From positions 16,554,001 through 16,618,000 of the forward strand of contig OZ024764.1 of the NCBI GenBank assembly GCA_964016885.1: DNA of 64,000 nt. The letters are read 5' to 3'. Positions 27,818-36,924 of this stretch are shown piece by piece (positions within the stretch are counted from its first letter, which is position 1; every line of letters begins with the position of its first letter). The notes under the pieces were generated by a model. It did not search any database. It saw nothing but the letters and a program-made list of their open reading frames with translations, and was not told where the DNA came from. The position numbers and the translations under genes were made by a program. The stretch is from Eledone cirrhosa. Lineage: Eukaryota.

Positions 27818-28125
27818 GGAACGGTGTGGGCGGGGGCGGCGCCTTCGTTGCCATGACGACCACAGCGAAGAAGAAGACAGCGACGGCGGCGGCAGCTGCG
27901 AAGCGAGCATCTGTGGCGGTGGTGGAGTCGCTGAAGGTGGTGGCCTTCACGTGCGGCCATCATTTCCTCGAGCCGTCCTTCAAGAACGAGGTGCTGGTCA
28001 ATCTCAGCCATGCCCTCGCCAAGGAGAAGCGCCTCCCTCGCTCCGCTGCTCTCCTCGCCGACTGCTACAGCAAGTTGGCTACCATGCCACTTGCATGCCC
28101 TCAGTGTGTGCAACAGACTGTGTAA
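402..28125 (+). CDS. Multi-exon gene (5' end outside window): RCC1-repeat protein, probable claret/GLO-4-like Rab GEF; 22 coding exons, about 1250 aa in window
   Basis: Exons joined by hand at GT-AG sites with consistent phases: 402-579,1177-1382,2381-2477,3047-3173,4185-4389,4952-5015,6424-6570,7232-7365,10167-10302,11369-11526,12824-12983,14728-14859,15822-15998,16559-16666,17638-17766,19760-19948,20762-20863,22414-22521,23953-24053,25545-25608,25877-25983,27201-28125. Seven RCC1 repeats (e.g. [29 protein letters not shown]). The gene is secure; claret orthology is inferred from architecture only. Confidence 0.9.
860..1160. repeat. 93-bp tandem repeat, about 3.2 copies (preceded by ~30-bp degenerate array 605-835)
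   Basis: 31-aa periodicity in ORF 913-1386. Confidence 0.9.
1177..1382 (+). CDS. RCC1-protein exon ([10 protein letters not shown]...LMAAFR)
   Basis: ttgcag acceptor, ag|gtaaag donor. Confidence 0.88.
1555..1765 (-). mobile_element. RTE-type LINE 3' fragment (near-identical longer copy at 33112-33375)
   Basis: [21 protein letters not shown]...MRDRDHWR is an RTE ORF C-terminus. Confidence 0.75.
2030..2335 (+). mobile_element. SINE/RTE-tail repeat ending in (GAT)n; further copies at 62040-62255, 62490-62740, 63360-63685, 63830-64000(-)
   Basis: recurrent tgtaaa..ggttggtgttaggaagggcatccagc...cccatgc...gacgttaaacgatgatgat. Confidence 0.75.
2381..2477 (+). CDS. RCC1-protein exon ([10 protein letters not shown]...LLEVGK)
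   Basis: tttcag acceptor, aag|gtcagt donor. Confidence 0.88.
3047..3173 (+). CDS. RCC1-protein exon ([10 protein letters not shown]...CHVGH)
   Basis: ttacag acceptor, g|gtgaga donor. Confidence 0.88.
3250..3975. repeat. 48-bp minisatellite (~15 copies) inside a SINE copy
   Basis: unit cacccagtccactctgtaaagtggtcatgtaggtgtcacaacaaaagg; SINE tail resumes at ~3975. Confidence 0.95.
4185..4389 (+). CDS. RCC1-protein exon ([10 protein letters not shown]...RVRCE)
   Basis: long polypyrimidine tract + tag, ag|gtgagc donor. Confidence 0.88.
4421..4716. repeat. (GTT)n microsatellite
   Basis: direct. Confidence 0.95.
4952..5015 (+). CDS. RCC1-protein exon ([21 protein letters not shown])
   Basis: ttccag acceptor, gtaagt donor; needed to restore phase 2 to 0. 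Confidence 0.8.
5344..5393 (-). ncRNA. Minimal type I hammerhead ribozyme motif (U4C variant)
   Basis: minus: tgct CCGAAGA ctccaagc-ctag-gtttggaa GAAA caattg TC agca. Confidence 0.55.
6105..6412. repeat. 18-bp minisatellite (ctcactccatctatcact)
   Basis: direct; abuts acceptor at 6423. Confidence 0.9.
6424..6570 (+). CDS. RCC1-protein exon ([10 protein letters not shown]...SEHLT)
   Basis: ttccag acceptor, gtaagt donor. Confidence 0.85.
7232..7365 (+). CDS. RCC1-protein exon, start of propeller ([19 protein letters not shown])
   Basis: ctccag acceptor, tg|gtaagt donor; RCC1 motif. Confidence 0.9.
8306..8377 (+). ncRNA. Minimal type I hammerhead ribozyme, intact core
   Basis: atatattttat CTGATGA ggacgtactg-aggaaacatca-cagtacctcc GAAA tatata TA ataaaatatat; 11-bp stem I, palindromic stem/loop III. 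Confidence 0.75.
8456..8772. repeat. Long fold-back inverted repeat (~150-bp arms, 12-nt loop)
   Basis: ...ctcgcattcatcagt ggcgattgtcaa actgatgaatgcgag... Confidence 0.92.
10167..10302 (+). CDS. RCC1 repeat exon (LGHGDL...[13 protein letters not shown])
   Basis: gctcag acceptor, ggg|gtaaga donor; RCC1 motif. Confidence 0.92.
10540..11068 (+). mobile_element. CR1/L2-like LINE 3' fragment with ~60-bp unit amplified ~6x
   Basis: acacgtggacat...ttttcacgctcagagtt...gcatggaacaaactacc (TRGH/FF..RV..AWNKLP end) followed by tandem copies. Confidence 0.65.
11369..11526 (+). CDS. RCC1 repeat exon ([13 protein letters not shown]...[13 protein letters not shown])
   Basis: ttgtag acceptor, aa|gtaagt donor; translated by hand (frame absent from ORF track). 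Confidence 0.92.
11633..12730. repeat. 72-bp minisatellite (~14 copies) inside the CCCTT-ended MITE
   Basis: ttaa-ccctttagcatttaaacc start; 24-aa periodic ORF. Confidence 0.92.
12824..12983 (+). CDS. RCC1 repeat exon ([15 protein letters not shown]...[12 protein letters not shown])
   Basis: aaacag acceptor, cag|gtgagt donor. Confidence 0.93.
13030..14112. repeat. Same MITE with a 12-bp (tgagatattatg) array 13145-13915 plus 72-bp units
   Basis: direct; ends gttaaaggg. Confidence 0.92.
14175..14665 (+). mobile_element. Tandem tRNA-derived SINEs with Nin/Deu-type central domain (other copies 33637-33768, 53350-53735-, 55960-56310-, 59715-59910-)
   Basis: A box tggcaggatcggtag, B box gagttcaaatccc, then ttgcctttcatcct..ggggtcgataaaataaagtaccag. 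Confidence 0.75.
14728..14859 (+). CDS. RCC1 repeat exon ([17 protein letters not shown]...NFFSS)
   Basis: ctccag acceptor, tcg|gtaagt donor. Confidence 0.93.
14920..15011 (+). ncRNA. Hammerhead-like motif with expanded, branched stem II
   Basis: acatat CTGAGGA ...two internal hairpins... GAAA cacatg TA atgtgt. Confidence 0.45.
15151..15488 (+). mobile_element. tRNA-derived CORE-type SINE with RTE-like tail
   Basis: tggcttagtggttagag...gagttcaattc...ccttgagcaagacacttt...(GAT)n. Confidence 0.75.
15730..15787 (-). ncRNA. Degenerate hammerhead motif (GAAA changed to AAAA)
   Basis: minus: ttgt CTGATGA ggtcgtagc...ggttattacc AAAA tatata TA acag. Confidence 0.45.
15822..15998 (+). CDS. RCC1 repeat exon ([13 protein letters not shown]...GKIVQ)
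   Basis: acctag acceptor, cag|gtaagg donor. Confidence 0.9.
16559..16666 (+). CDS. RCC1 repeat exon ([29 protein letters not shown])
   Basis: tttcag acceptor, ata|gtaagt donor. Confidence 0.93.
16961..17022 (+). ncRNA. Type I hammerhead motif with short true stem III
   Basis: cat CTGACGA ccgatccagacg-tattttattac-cgtctgggatcca GAAA cc-ttt-gg TA atg. Confidence 0.5.
17638..17766 (+). CDS. RCC1 repeat exon (SFPTQV...[13 protein letters not shown])
   Basis: ccacag acceptor, cag|gtaagt donor. Confidence 0.93.
17823..19515. repeat. 49-bp minisatellite (~35 copies) inside a SINE copy
   Basis: unit ctcccagtccacactgtaaagtggtcatgtaggagacacagtaaaaagg; SINE tail continues to 19680. Confidence 0.95.
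19760..19948 (+). CDS. RCC1-protein exon ([10 protein letters not shown]...NGRALF)
   Basis: (TC)n + tgtag acceptor; ttt|gtaagt donor gives phase 0 for next exon. Confidence 0.82.
19992..20715. repeat. (GGT/GTG)n degenerate microsatellite
   Basis: direct. Confidence 0.95.
20762..20863 (+). CDS. RCC1-protein exon ([17 protein letters not shown]...PVLLR)
   Basis: ttccag acceptor, cgg|gtgagt donor. Confidence 0.85.
21165..21495. repeat. 15-bp minisatellite (taacctaccctatag)
   Basis: VTYP periodicity in ORF. Confidence 0.9.
21808..22390. repeat. (CAC)n degenerate microsatellite
   Basis: direct. Confidence 0.95.
22414..22521 (+). CDS. RCC1-protein exon ([10 protein letters not shown]...KQFSQ)
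   Basis: ttccag acceptor, cag|gtcagt donor. Confidence 0.85.
22625..22925 (+). mobile_element. RTE LINE 3' fragment
   Basis: [12 protein letters not shown]...GRPRKTW...DRDLWR. Confidence 0.85.
23312..23568. mobile_element. Fold-back cassette (~80-bp arms) containing a hammerhead motif at 23407-23516(+)
   Basis: agtatt CCGATGA tttgatcag...ctgatcaat GAAA caattg TT aatact. Confidence 0.55.
23953..24053 (+). CDS. RCC1-protein exon ([10 protein letters not shown]...LDFYI)
   Basis: ttacag acceptor, ag|gtgtgt donor. Confidence 0.85.
24207..25517. repeat. (CACCA/CAC)n compound microsatellite, 1.3 kb
   Basis: direct. Confidence 0.95.
25545..25608 (+). CDS. RCC1-protein exon ([21 protein letters not shown])
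   Basis: ttccag acceptor, cag|gtaggt donor. Confidence 0.83.
25877..25983 (+). CDS. RCC1-protein exon ([11 protein letters not shown]...LGLLLL)
   Basis: ctacag acceptor, ag|gtaact donor. Confidence 0.85.
26905..27170. repeat. ~24-bp degenerate array (gagtgagtggttggtcacactt-like)
   Basis: direct. Confidence 0.8.
27201..28125 (+). CDS. Terminal coding exon, ending FTCGHHF...[11 protein letters not shown]
   Basis: ttgtag acceptor, 925-nt open frame with high GC3, TAA at 28123-28125. Confidence 0.9.
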
Positions 28126-28139
28126 TCTAGCAGCTGGAT

Positions 28140-28725
28140 CTGAGGGTTGTGACCCTGTCCCTTCGTCCAGACTGACCTACCCAATAAAATCAACAGACCA
28201 CATTCCAATAAATGAGTCTTCTTCTTGTGTCCACAACAGTGTCAGTTGCAAAGCTTGGCTAGATGTGGTTCCGCCACAGCTCAACACACTGCTGTCCTTT
28301 CTCATTAAACTCTGCCAAGTCCAATACTGTGCAGGGGTGTTCCAGCAGGGAACATATCAGGAGGTGCTGTGTAGTCTGTGGTTCGATGCTGCAGTTACAT
28401 ACAATGTCCCCATCCTTTAAATATCCCCGTTTTGCAAGACTGACTTTTGCATGTCCAACACCAGATCTTAGTCTGTTTAGGCATTTCCACACTGCATAGT
28501 TTGTATCTGCTCCAGGAGGGCAGTGCCTCGCTAGCCTTTAGCTCCAGGGGAGCAGTGCCTCACTCACCTCTAGCTCCAGGGGGGAAATGCCTCACTCACC
28601 TCTAGCTCCATGGGGGAAGTGCCTCACTCACCTTTAGCTCCATTGTTGTTACAGATGGGAGGTTGTTAAGTATTTCTTCCCAGCAAGTGACTTTCTCACT
28701 ACTTATGCTTGATGTTCCAAGGAGT
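28140..28725 (-). mobile_element. Vingi/Ingi-like LINE 3' fragment in the presumed 3' UTR
   Basis: WKCLNRLRSG...CNC...QTTQHLLIC C-terminal cysteine motif; near-identical copy at 57995-58875(+). Confidence 0.7.
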
Positions 28726-29119
28726 GTGACATTCTAATAAATGAATGGTAGTTATCTAATTAAGACTAAACTCCATTATATGACAGATACATAGCATTGA
28801 TAAACCATAACCCAGTAAATAACTGGTACATAATTTATATATCACTGATACATATCAAATTAATTTAATTGATGAACCTCACCCAGTACGTTACTGGTAC
28901 ACTTAATTTAAATAATTGATCACACCTCAGTATGTTACTGGTACATATGTAATTAACAGATTACACTGCAATATATTACTGGTATTTAATTTAATTGATG
29001 AAGTAAACCTCAGTATATCACTGGTACTTCGTCACCTTGTGACCTCAGTTGAAATAGACCGACACATCAGTCACTCATTACATTGTCTAGATCTTGAACA
29101 TCAGTACCAGACTTTCTGG

Positions 29120-29635
29120 CTATGACATCTGGATAAGAGAGCTTATGACATCTGGAGAAGTGAGCTTATGACATCTGGATAAGAGAACTTATGACACCTG
29201 GAGAAGAGAGTTTATGACACCTGGAGAAGAGAGCTTATGACACCTGGAGAAGAGAGTTTATGACACCTGGAGAAGAGAGTTTATGACACCTGGAGAAGAG
29301 AGCTTATGACATCTGGATAAGAGAACTTATGACACCTGGAGAAGAGAGCTTATGACACCTGGAGAAGAGAGCTTATGACACCTGGAGAAGAGAGTTTATG
29401 ACACCTGGAGAAGAGAGCTTATGACACCTGGAGAAGAGAGTTTATGACACCTGGAGAAGAGAGTTTATGACACCTGGAGAAGAGAGCTTATGACATCTGG
29501 ATAAGAGAACTTATGACACCTGGAGAAGAGAGCTTATGACACCTGGAGAAGAGAGCTTATGACACCTGGAGAAGAGAGTTTATGACACCTGGAGAAGAGA
29601 GCTTATGACACCTGGATAAGAGAATTTATGACATC
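29120..29635. repeat. 23-bp minisatellite (~22 copies)
   Basis: unit cttatgacacctggagaagagag. Confidence 0.95.
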
Positions 29636-30270
29636 TTTGGCTTTTGACAGTTGTTGGTCAGACTCCTCATATCGGTGCCTTCCAGTACCAGGCTCCTAAA
29701 CTATGGCTCTGCTGCGAGATGGGCCAAGCTCCAAAACTGTGGTTCCTTTGTGAGAGAGGTTCAGCGCGACCAACTGGCCTGTCCCTCCTCATGACGGAGC
29801 CATCCAGTCCCACACTGTAAACATGGTTGGTGTAAAATGCTCGGACAAATTTACAGTCCTTGCTGGAGTAAGGTGTGGTGTAGCCCAACTCTGGCCAGAC
29901 TTAACTCCTGGCAAGTACAACCCGTCTGACCCATGCAAGTGGAAGAATTGATGCTAAACGGAAATAATGATGATGAATGATGATATATGACATTGAAAAT
30001 CCCTTACATTCATTATTGACCCCCCATTGCCATGAACACCGCTCTCTGTTTCCTTCCCATCATGTACTCTGATCTTTAATAAATAATGATAATAATTGAA
30101 AAAAATATGTTGATAATAATAAACACAAAAAACTGACATGTCTATTTTATATATCCTGCATTATATATCTATATCATCTGTTATATACTTTTTATATCTA
30201 TTATGCCGTCTATATAGCATGTTATATATACATTATATATGTTGTGTTATATACATGATATATATTGTGT

Positions 30271-30303
<33 letters not shown>

Positions 30304-30815
30304 CTGACCTCTCCAAGACAATGTCACTGGACCGAGATCTTTGGCGCTACTCAGTAATACAGAAGACCCGCCTTGCCTAAGTACAAAGTGAAACCTACTA
30401 CAGTCAGTAGGCACCTCTAAAAACAGACCCCTAGCGTACAGACCCCAGAGAAACACAGAGCCAGCTAGGGTACAGATATAGAGCCATGTCCAGGGGAAGT
30501 CATGTACTCTCAGTCACTTCACACTACCAGGACAAGCACCTGCTTGATGAGTCTCCAGGCTCGAGCTGACTTTACACTTTGGAAATCCTTAGATATTCTT
30601 CTTGGTGATATATTTATTAGTTTTGACTTTAATTTATGTTTACATCCCTGGTAATAATTCACAGGTTTTTATTTTACTTTAAGCGAAACAGATAAAAAAA
30701 ACACCTGGAGTTACTAAACCATGGTTTCCTAACCTGAGTGATTTCAAGTGTTGGATGGGGCAGTGACTGATTTAAGAGAAAATGGTGGGTGATATAAGAT
30801 TTTGAGTATTATTAA

Positions 30816-30987
30816 CCCTTTAGTATTTCTATATATACTATTGTATTTTCGTGGTAAAGGCTTTATTTCACATAATATCTCATGATATAGAATCTATGAG
30901 ATTTTGATATTATTATTTTGAGAAAACTTACAGCTGGTTTGAACAGAAAGAGGTGATAGAATTCTGGCTGGTTTAAATGCTAAAGGG
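30816..30987. mobile_element. Complete short CCCTT-ended MITE, single-unit form
   Basis: ttaa|ccctttagtattt ... aaatgctaaaggg|ttta. Confidence 0.65.
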
Positions 30988-33076
30988 TTTAGAAGGTATT
31001 TCAATATATGCTACCCCAAAACAAATATTCAAAGGAGATATGCAAAGAAGCTGTATAAAAAATAGCAGGAGGTTAAATGGGAATAAAGAACCAGTAACAA
31101 ACTTTTACCAAAAATGTTTGGTTTGCTTTTGAATATTTACCATACAGGTGGGCAATATAAGATTTTGGAGTATTAAAGAGGTATTTCAACATATGTTACC
31201 TGAAAAATATATATTCAAAGGAGATATGCAAAGAACTTGTATATAAAAACAGGTGTGCAGTGGAAAAAATTTCCATGTGAAACTGGGGCCTATGACACAA
31301 AAATGGTTGAAAACCCCTGTACTAAATCCTTTTAAGACTTCCTGCGGAATCCCTTAGCTGGACACTTTATTTTGGGGGTGTACTTTCTCCACCACAACCG
31401 TAACAGCTTGGAGTTGAAATAGATGGAGTAAAAACCGGTCCTTGACTGTAAAGACTAACATGAGTTACAGTAAATATAATTGAAGACTTAAAATGTTAAG
31501 GTTTATTCAATCTAAAGAGAAGAAAAAGTCCAGCGAAAAAAAAAAAAATTAACGTTTAAGTACATAACAAAAGTCTCTCTTTCTAGAAAAAAAAAAAAAT
31601 CTCCAGGTCTGAATAAAACAGATTTCTTCCAGAGAGTGAGAAAGAGATATAGAGAATGGTACTTTATAACACTGAATGGAAGAAAGGTAAAGTTGAACTC
31701 AGAGTAAAGAACTGGAAAAAATACTACAAAGAATTCTATCTGATATTATAACAATTCTACCAAATTACCTTATGTATATGTATTTATCTCTAGAGATAAG
31801 GGAAAAAACTAAAAGATGTTGAGTACGAACCCCAGACCAGAACCTCCACAATCTCTGGTATCTCCCACCATGAAGGCTGTGGAAATCTACTGAAATTTAA
31901 TATTTATAAACCTACTTTCAATATTGAAGTAATTAACATGTGGTGTTGTTCATGCCTTTCTGTATGTTATTGGTATAAAATAAAGTATTTAAACCTCAAA
32001 TTTTGTTATTCAAATAATTAGATGCTTACTTATGTAATTATAATAAATGTCGCAGAACACACACCTATATTTCAACAGCTATATATTTATATATATCTTT
32101 TAGTCTTAGGCTTTTTCAGTGCAGAAAACAGTCTCCAACGATCACAGCCATCTTATGGTGCCCAGTGGAAGCACTTTAACCTAATTATAACCCCAACGAT
32201 CACGATGAGCGGCGGCTTTTTAGAGTCTGTGCCAAGTGATATATATAATACATACATGCTAGAACAACAGAAACATGCTGAGTTTAGAGTTTAGTAAACA
32301 ACAGAAAGAAGGACATAAATAAATAAATATATATCAACATTTAAAATATATTTCTGTCCTTTAATATAAAAACAATCCGAGTCTTCTAAAAGTGTTATTA
32401 CTGTAATATAAAGTAGAAACCCTTTATTTAAACAAAGCTACGATGCAGCGATGATCGTATTATATCACTTTCAAATTGACCCCTGAGGGGCGTACACCCC
32501 ACGTTGGGAATCCCCGATATATAAATATATGTGAGTGTGTGGTTATGACTGCTATTTCTAGCACGTTTACAGCTGTCCTGTAGAGGCACAACAAAAACCG
32601 GAAGTGGCAGCCATTAAAAAACTTTGGCTTAAAATCAGGCAAAAGTTTTTTCACAATTTGCCAAGAAAGATAACTCTTGTCTTACTTAATCGCAAAAATC
32701 GAGACAAAACTTTTGCGGGTGTGCAGTTTGTTTGGTCGTATTTGAATGCTATTTCTTTTAGCATGTATGGACACTTTAAAAATGGCAGCAAAAAACGGAA
32801 AACATCAGAAAGAAGAACACACATACGTGTATATATATATTTATGGATATGTGCGTATATATATATAAATAATTGTTTCTACTTTTGGCACAAGGCCAGC
32901 AAATACACAGTACATTACTGGTACTTTATTTTATTATTTAAATGTATATATATATATATAAATAATAAACCAACTTTAAAATAATTTTAACACCTCATAG
33001 TCCGAGGTGAAAATTGAACTCACGACCATAGATTATCTAAAAATAATAAAAGCTTTATGTGTGTATATATACATAA

Positions 33077-33114
<38 letters not shown>

Positions 33115-33407
33115 AAGGCGGGTAAAATTCCCGAGATCCATGGACGAGTTCTCTCCAGCATTCTCTGTCCCTCATTATCGCTGCCATATCCTGCATCTCC
33201 AACAGACCAGTGTCTGTCCTTAGGGCATCAACATATGTTAACCTTGGTCTTCCTCTTCTAGTGTGTCCATGTAGGGGCTCCCAAAGGAGCACTGAGTGCA
33301 ATGTCAACTCTGGATGTCGGTGAGCATGTCCAGCCAACCTCAGTCTCCTCTGTGTCACTTTTGAGCTGACTTTTGAGATATATATATACGTATATATATA
33401 TATATAC

Positions 33408-33467
<60 letters not shown>

Positions 33468-34516
33468 GTATATATATATATATGTATATACATATATATA
33501 TATTTATATCAGTGGTCCCCAATCATTTCTGCACCATGCCCCTCCTCAATCTAAAATATGTTTATGTCCCCCTTTATTATTAAAACAATCCGAGTCTTGT
33601 AAAAGTGTTATTATTGTAATATATATAAATATATAGTTACGTCCCTTTACGATCTGAGTTCAAATCCCGCCGAGGTTGACTTTGCCTTTCATCCTTACAT
33701 AGTCGATAAAATAAAGTACCAGTAATGCACTGGGTAATTGCTGGCATTGTGCCTGAAGTAGAAACAATTACTGTAATATAAAGTAGAAACCCTTTATTTA
33801 AACAAAGGTACGATGCAGCGATGATCAAAATGTAAACAAACTTCTCGTAGGTGCTGCCAGATACACGATAACATGTGTAGACGAAGTGTAACTGGGTCGT
33901 ATTATATCACTTTCAAATTGACCCCTATTATATTCAAATTGCCCCCTGTGGGGTGTTCACCCCACGTTGGGAATCCCCGATATATAAATATATGTGAGTG
34001 TGTGGTTATGACTGCTATTTCTAGCACGTTTACAGCTGTCCTGTAGACGCACACCAAAAACCGGAAGTGGCAGCCATTAAAAAACTTTGGCTTAAAATCA
34101 GGCAAAAGTTTTTTAACAATTTGCCAAGAAAGATAACTCTTGTCTTACTTAATCGCAAAAATCGAGACAAAAATTTTGCGTGTGTGCAGTTTGTTTGGTG
34201 TATTTGACTGCTATTTCTAGCATGTATGGACACTAGAAATAGCAGCGAAACACGGAAAACATCAGAAAGAAGGACACTCACGTATATATATATATAAATT
34301 ATGTATATATATAAATATATATATTTAATTATATATATATATATCTGTATATATATATATATGTATAATATATATATATATATATGCAAAAGTTCTATTT
34401 AAAGTTGTTGGGATACAACAAGTAAATATTTTTATAACTGATATAAAGCACTCGACAAATTTTTGGAGTAGATATACGATATTAATAAATGGAAACTATA
34501 TTTATAAAACCATATT

Positions 34517-34581
34517 TATTTCATTATACATATTTCAGGGATACCACATTAAATTATGGTATGCCTTCATCAGACAAAATA
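34517..34581 (-). ncRNA. Minimal type I hammerhead, left arm of fold-back
   Basis: exact reverse complement of 34752-34816. Confidence 0.7.
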
Positions 34582-34751
34582 CAATATATAACAGTTTTAC
34601 AAGTAGGTTTGACGTACCCTTTAAAATACAACCATTACTTTTGGAGGCTGTCTGGATAGTGATTTGTTCATATAATAAGTCATAGTGTTAAGCACAATTA
34701 GAAAAAGACGGAGAGAAAGAAAGAGAAAAGAACAAAGACTGTTATATATTG

Positions 34752-34816
34752 TATTTTGTCTGATGAAGGCATACCATAATTTAATGTGGTATCCCTGAAA
34801 TATGTATAATGAAATA
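34752..34816 (+). ncRNA. Minimal type I hammerhead, intact core
   Basis: tattttgt CTGATGA aggcataccat-aatttaat-gtggtatccct GAAA tatgta TA atgaaata. Confidence 0.7.
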
Positions 34817-34867
34817 AATATGGTTTTATAAATATAGTTTCCATTTATTAATATCGTATATATATAT

Positions 34868-34942
<75 letters not shown>

Positions 34943-34943
34943 C

Positions 34944-34979
<36 letters not shown>

Positions 34980-35096
34980 TACATATATACATATACATAT
35001 ATATATAGATATATATACATTTAAATATATATATTTATATATATATATACACGCGCGCACACACACCTATACATAGATATGGATGAGTGTATAGCT

Positions 35097-35146
<50 letters not shown>

Positions 35147-35277
35147 CATATAAACAGACACATATCCATAAATATATATATATATATAATATATATATAC
35201 ATATATATATATAAATATATATGTATATATATATACATACATATATATATACATATAAACAAACACATACATATCCG

Positions 35278-35311
<34 letters not shown>

Positions 35312-36747
35312 TGTGTGTCCTTCTTTCTGCTGTTTTTCGTTTTTCGCTGCTATTTCTAAAGTGTCTATACATGCTAGAAATAGCAGCAAATGCGACCAAA
35401 CAAACTGCACACCCGCAAAATTTTTGCCTCGATTTTTGCGATTAAGTAAGACAAGAGTTATCTTTCTTGGCAAATTGTTAAAAAACTTTTGCCTGATTTT
35501 AAGCCAAAGTTTTTTAATGGCTGCCACTTCCGGCTTTTGGTGTGCGTCTACAGCACTGCAGTAAACCTGCTAGAAATAGCAGTTATAGCAACACACTCAC
35601 ATATATTTATTTATGAGGGATTCTCAACGTGGAGTGCACGCCCCACAGGGTATAATTTGAATATAATAGGGGTCAATTTGAAAGTGATATAATACGACCC
35701 AACTTCCAGTTACACTTCGTATACACATGTTATCGTGTATCTGGCAGCACCTGCGAGAAGTTTGTTTACATTTTGAAATTTGTTTTGATCATCGCTGCAT
35801 CGCAGCTTTGTTTAAATAAAGGGTTTCTACTTTATATTACAGTAATAAAAGGTCACTAAAGTAATATAGGAATGTGATTTAAAAATAAGGTAAACAGAAA
35901 TAGTTACACCGGTAACATAATTACTGTTACACCGGTAGTTCACTAACAAATCATTTCACGTTCGTCTCTAACAGGTAATATTTTAATTTGCTGTCCATGT
36001 TGGGGAGTAACTGTAGTTTGGCTTGCTAGGGGGTCATACATCTTCATACACACACACATACTATATATATATATATAATTATATGTCAGCTCCGTATTTA
36101 GGACAAATGAGGCCTGTTCTAGTTATGAGGCCCCTTTCTTGGGCTCAGTAGGATGTAGGCTTGTTAAAATAATTCTTGTGGTAAGTGTGTTGGTCTTACG
36201 ATCATATGTGTATTCGATTCCTGGACTGTGTTGTTAGTTGTTTTACTTGAGCAAAAACTTAATTTCACATAGGTGCTGTGTTAACCCTGCGATGGACTGA
36301 CATCATGTCCAGGGGGAAGTCATGTACTCTCAGTCCCTTTACGCTAGAGGAACTGGGACAGGCACCTGCTTGATAAGTCTCCAGGCTTGAGCTGACTTTA
36401 CACTTTGGTAATCCTTAGATATTCTTCTTGGTGATATATTTATTAGCTTTGACTTTAATTCATCTGTTTACACCACTAATAATTCATAGATAGAAAAACG
36501 TTTGTGGCTTTAGTACACCTTTAGGCTTTAATTTCAATTACTGACTATGTCTAACGAAGTAATAACTGGAGCGACTAAACCAGGGTTTCCTAACCTGGTG
36601 ATATCAACCACCGGTGGCCGATTTCAACTTGGTCGCTTCGGCCACAAACCCGGGTACCGCGGCCCACGAAGGAAAGGAAGATAAACAAATATCAGAGGAT
36701 TGTCCGGCTTCTTCCTCTTGGCACCTGTAGCCACCATGACGTATAAG

Positions 36748-36788
<41 letters not shown>

Positions 36789-36924
36789 CTATCTATCTAT
36801 CTATATATATATCAGCATTTTCATTTTACGTCTGCTTTTTCCTGTTTGCAAGGGTGGGACATATGTATATATCATCATCATTATACATCCACTTTTCCCT
36901 GCTTATAAGGGTGGGACAGATCCT

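Larger units (their letters stand above)
32355..35847. repeat. Triplicated ~0.5-kb promoter-like unit: 32355-32825, 33570-34285 and inverted 35311-35847
   Basis: near-identical sequence (seen as repeated [10 protein letters not shown] ORFs); contains CCGGAAGT, AGATAACTCT and a 13-bp hairpin. Confidence 0.85.

Noticed and set aside
32604-32984. Repeated [10 protein letters not shown] ORFs
   Set aside because: Copies frameshift into (TA)n, start at a GTG overlapping the ETS motif and show no domain; explained by DNA triplication.
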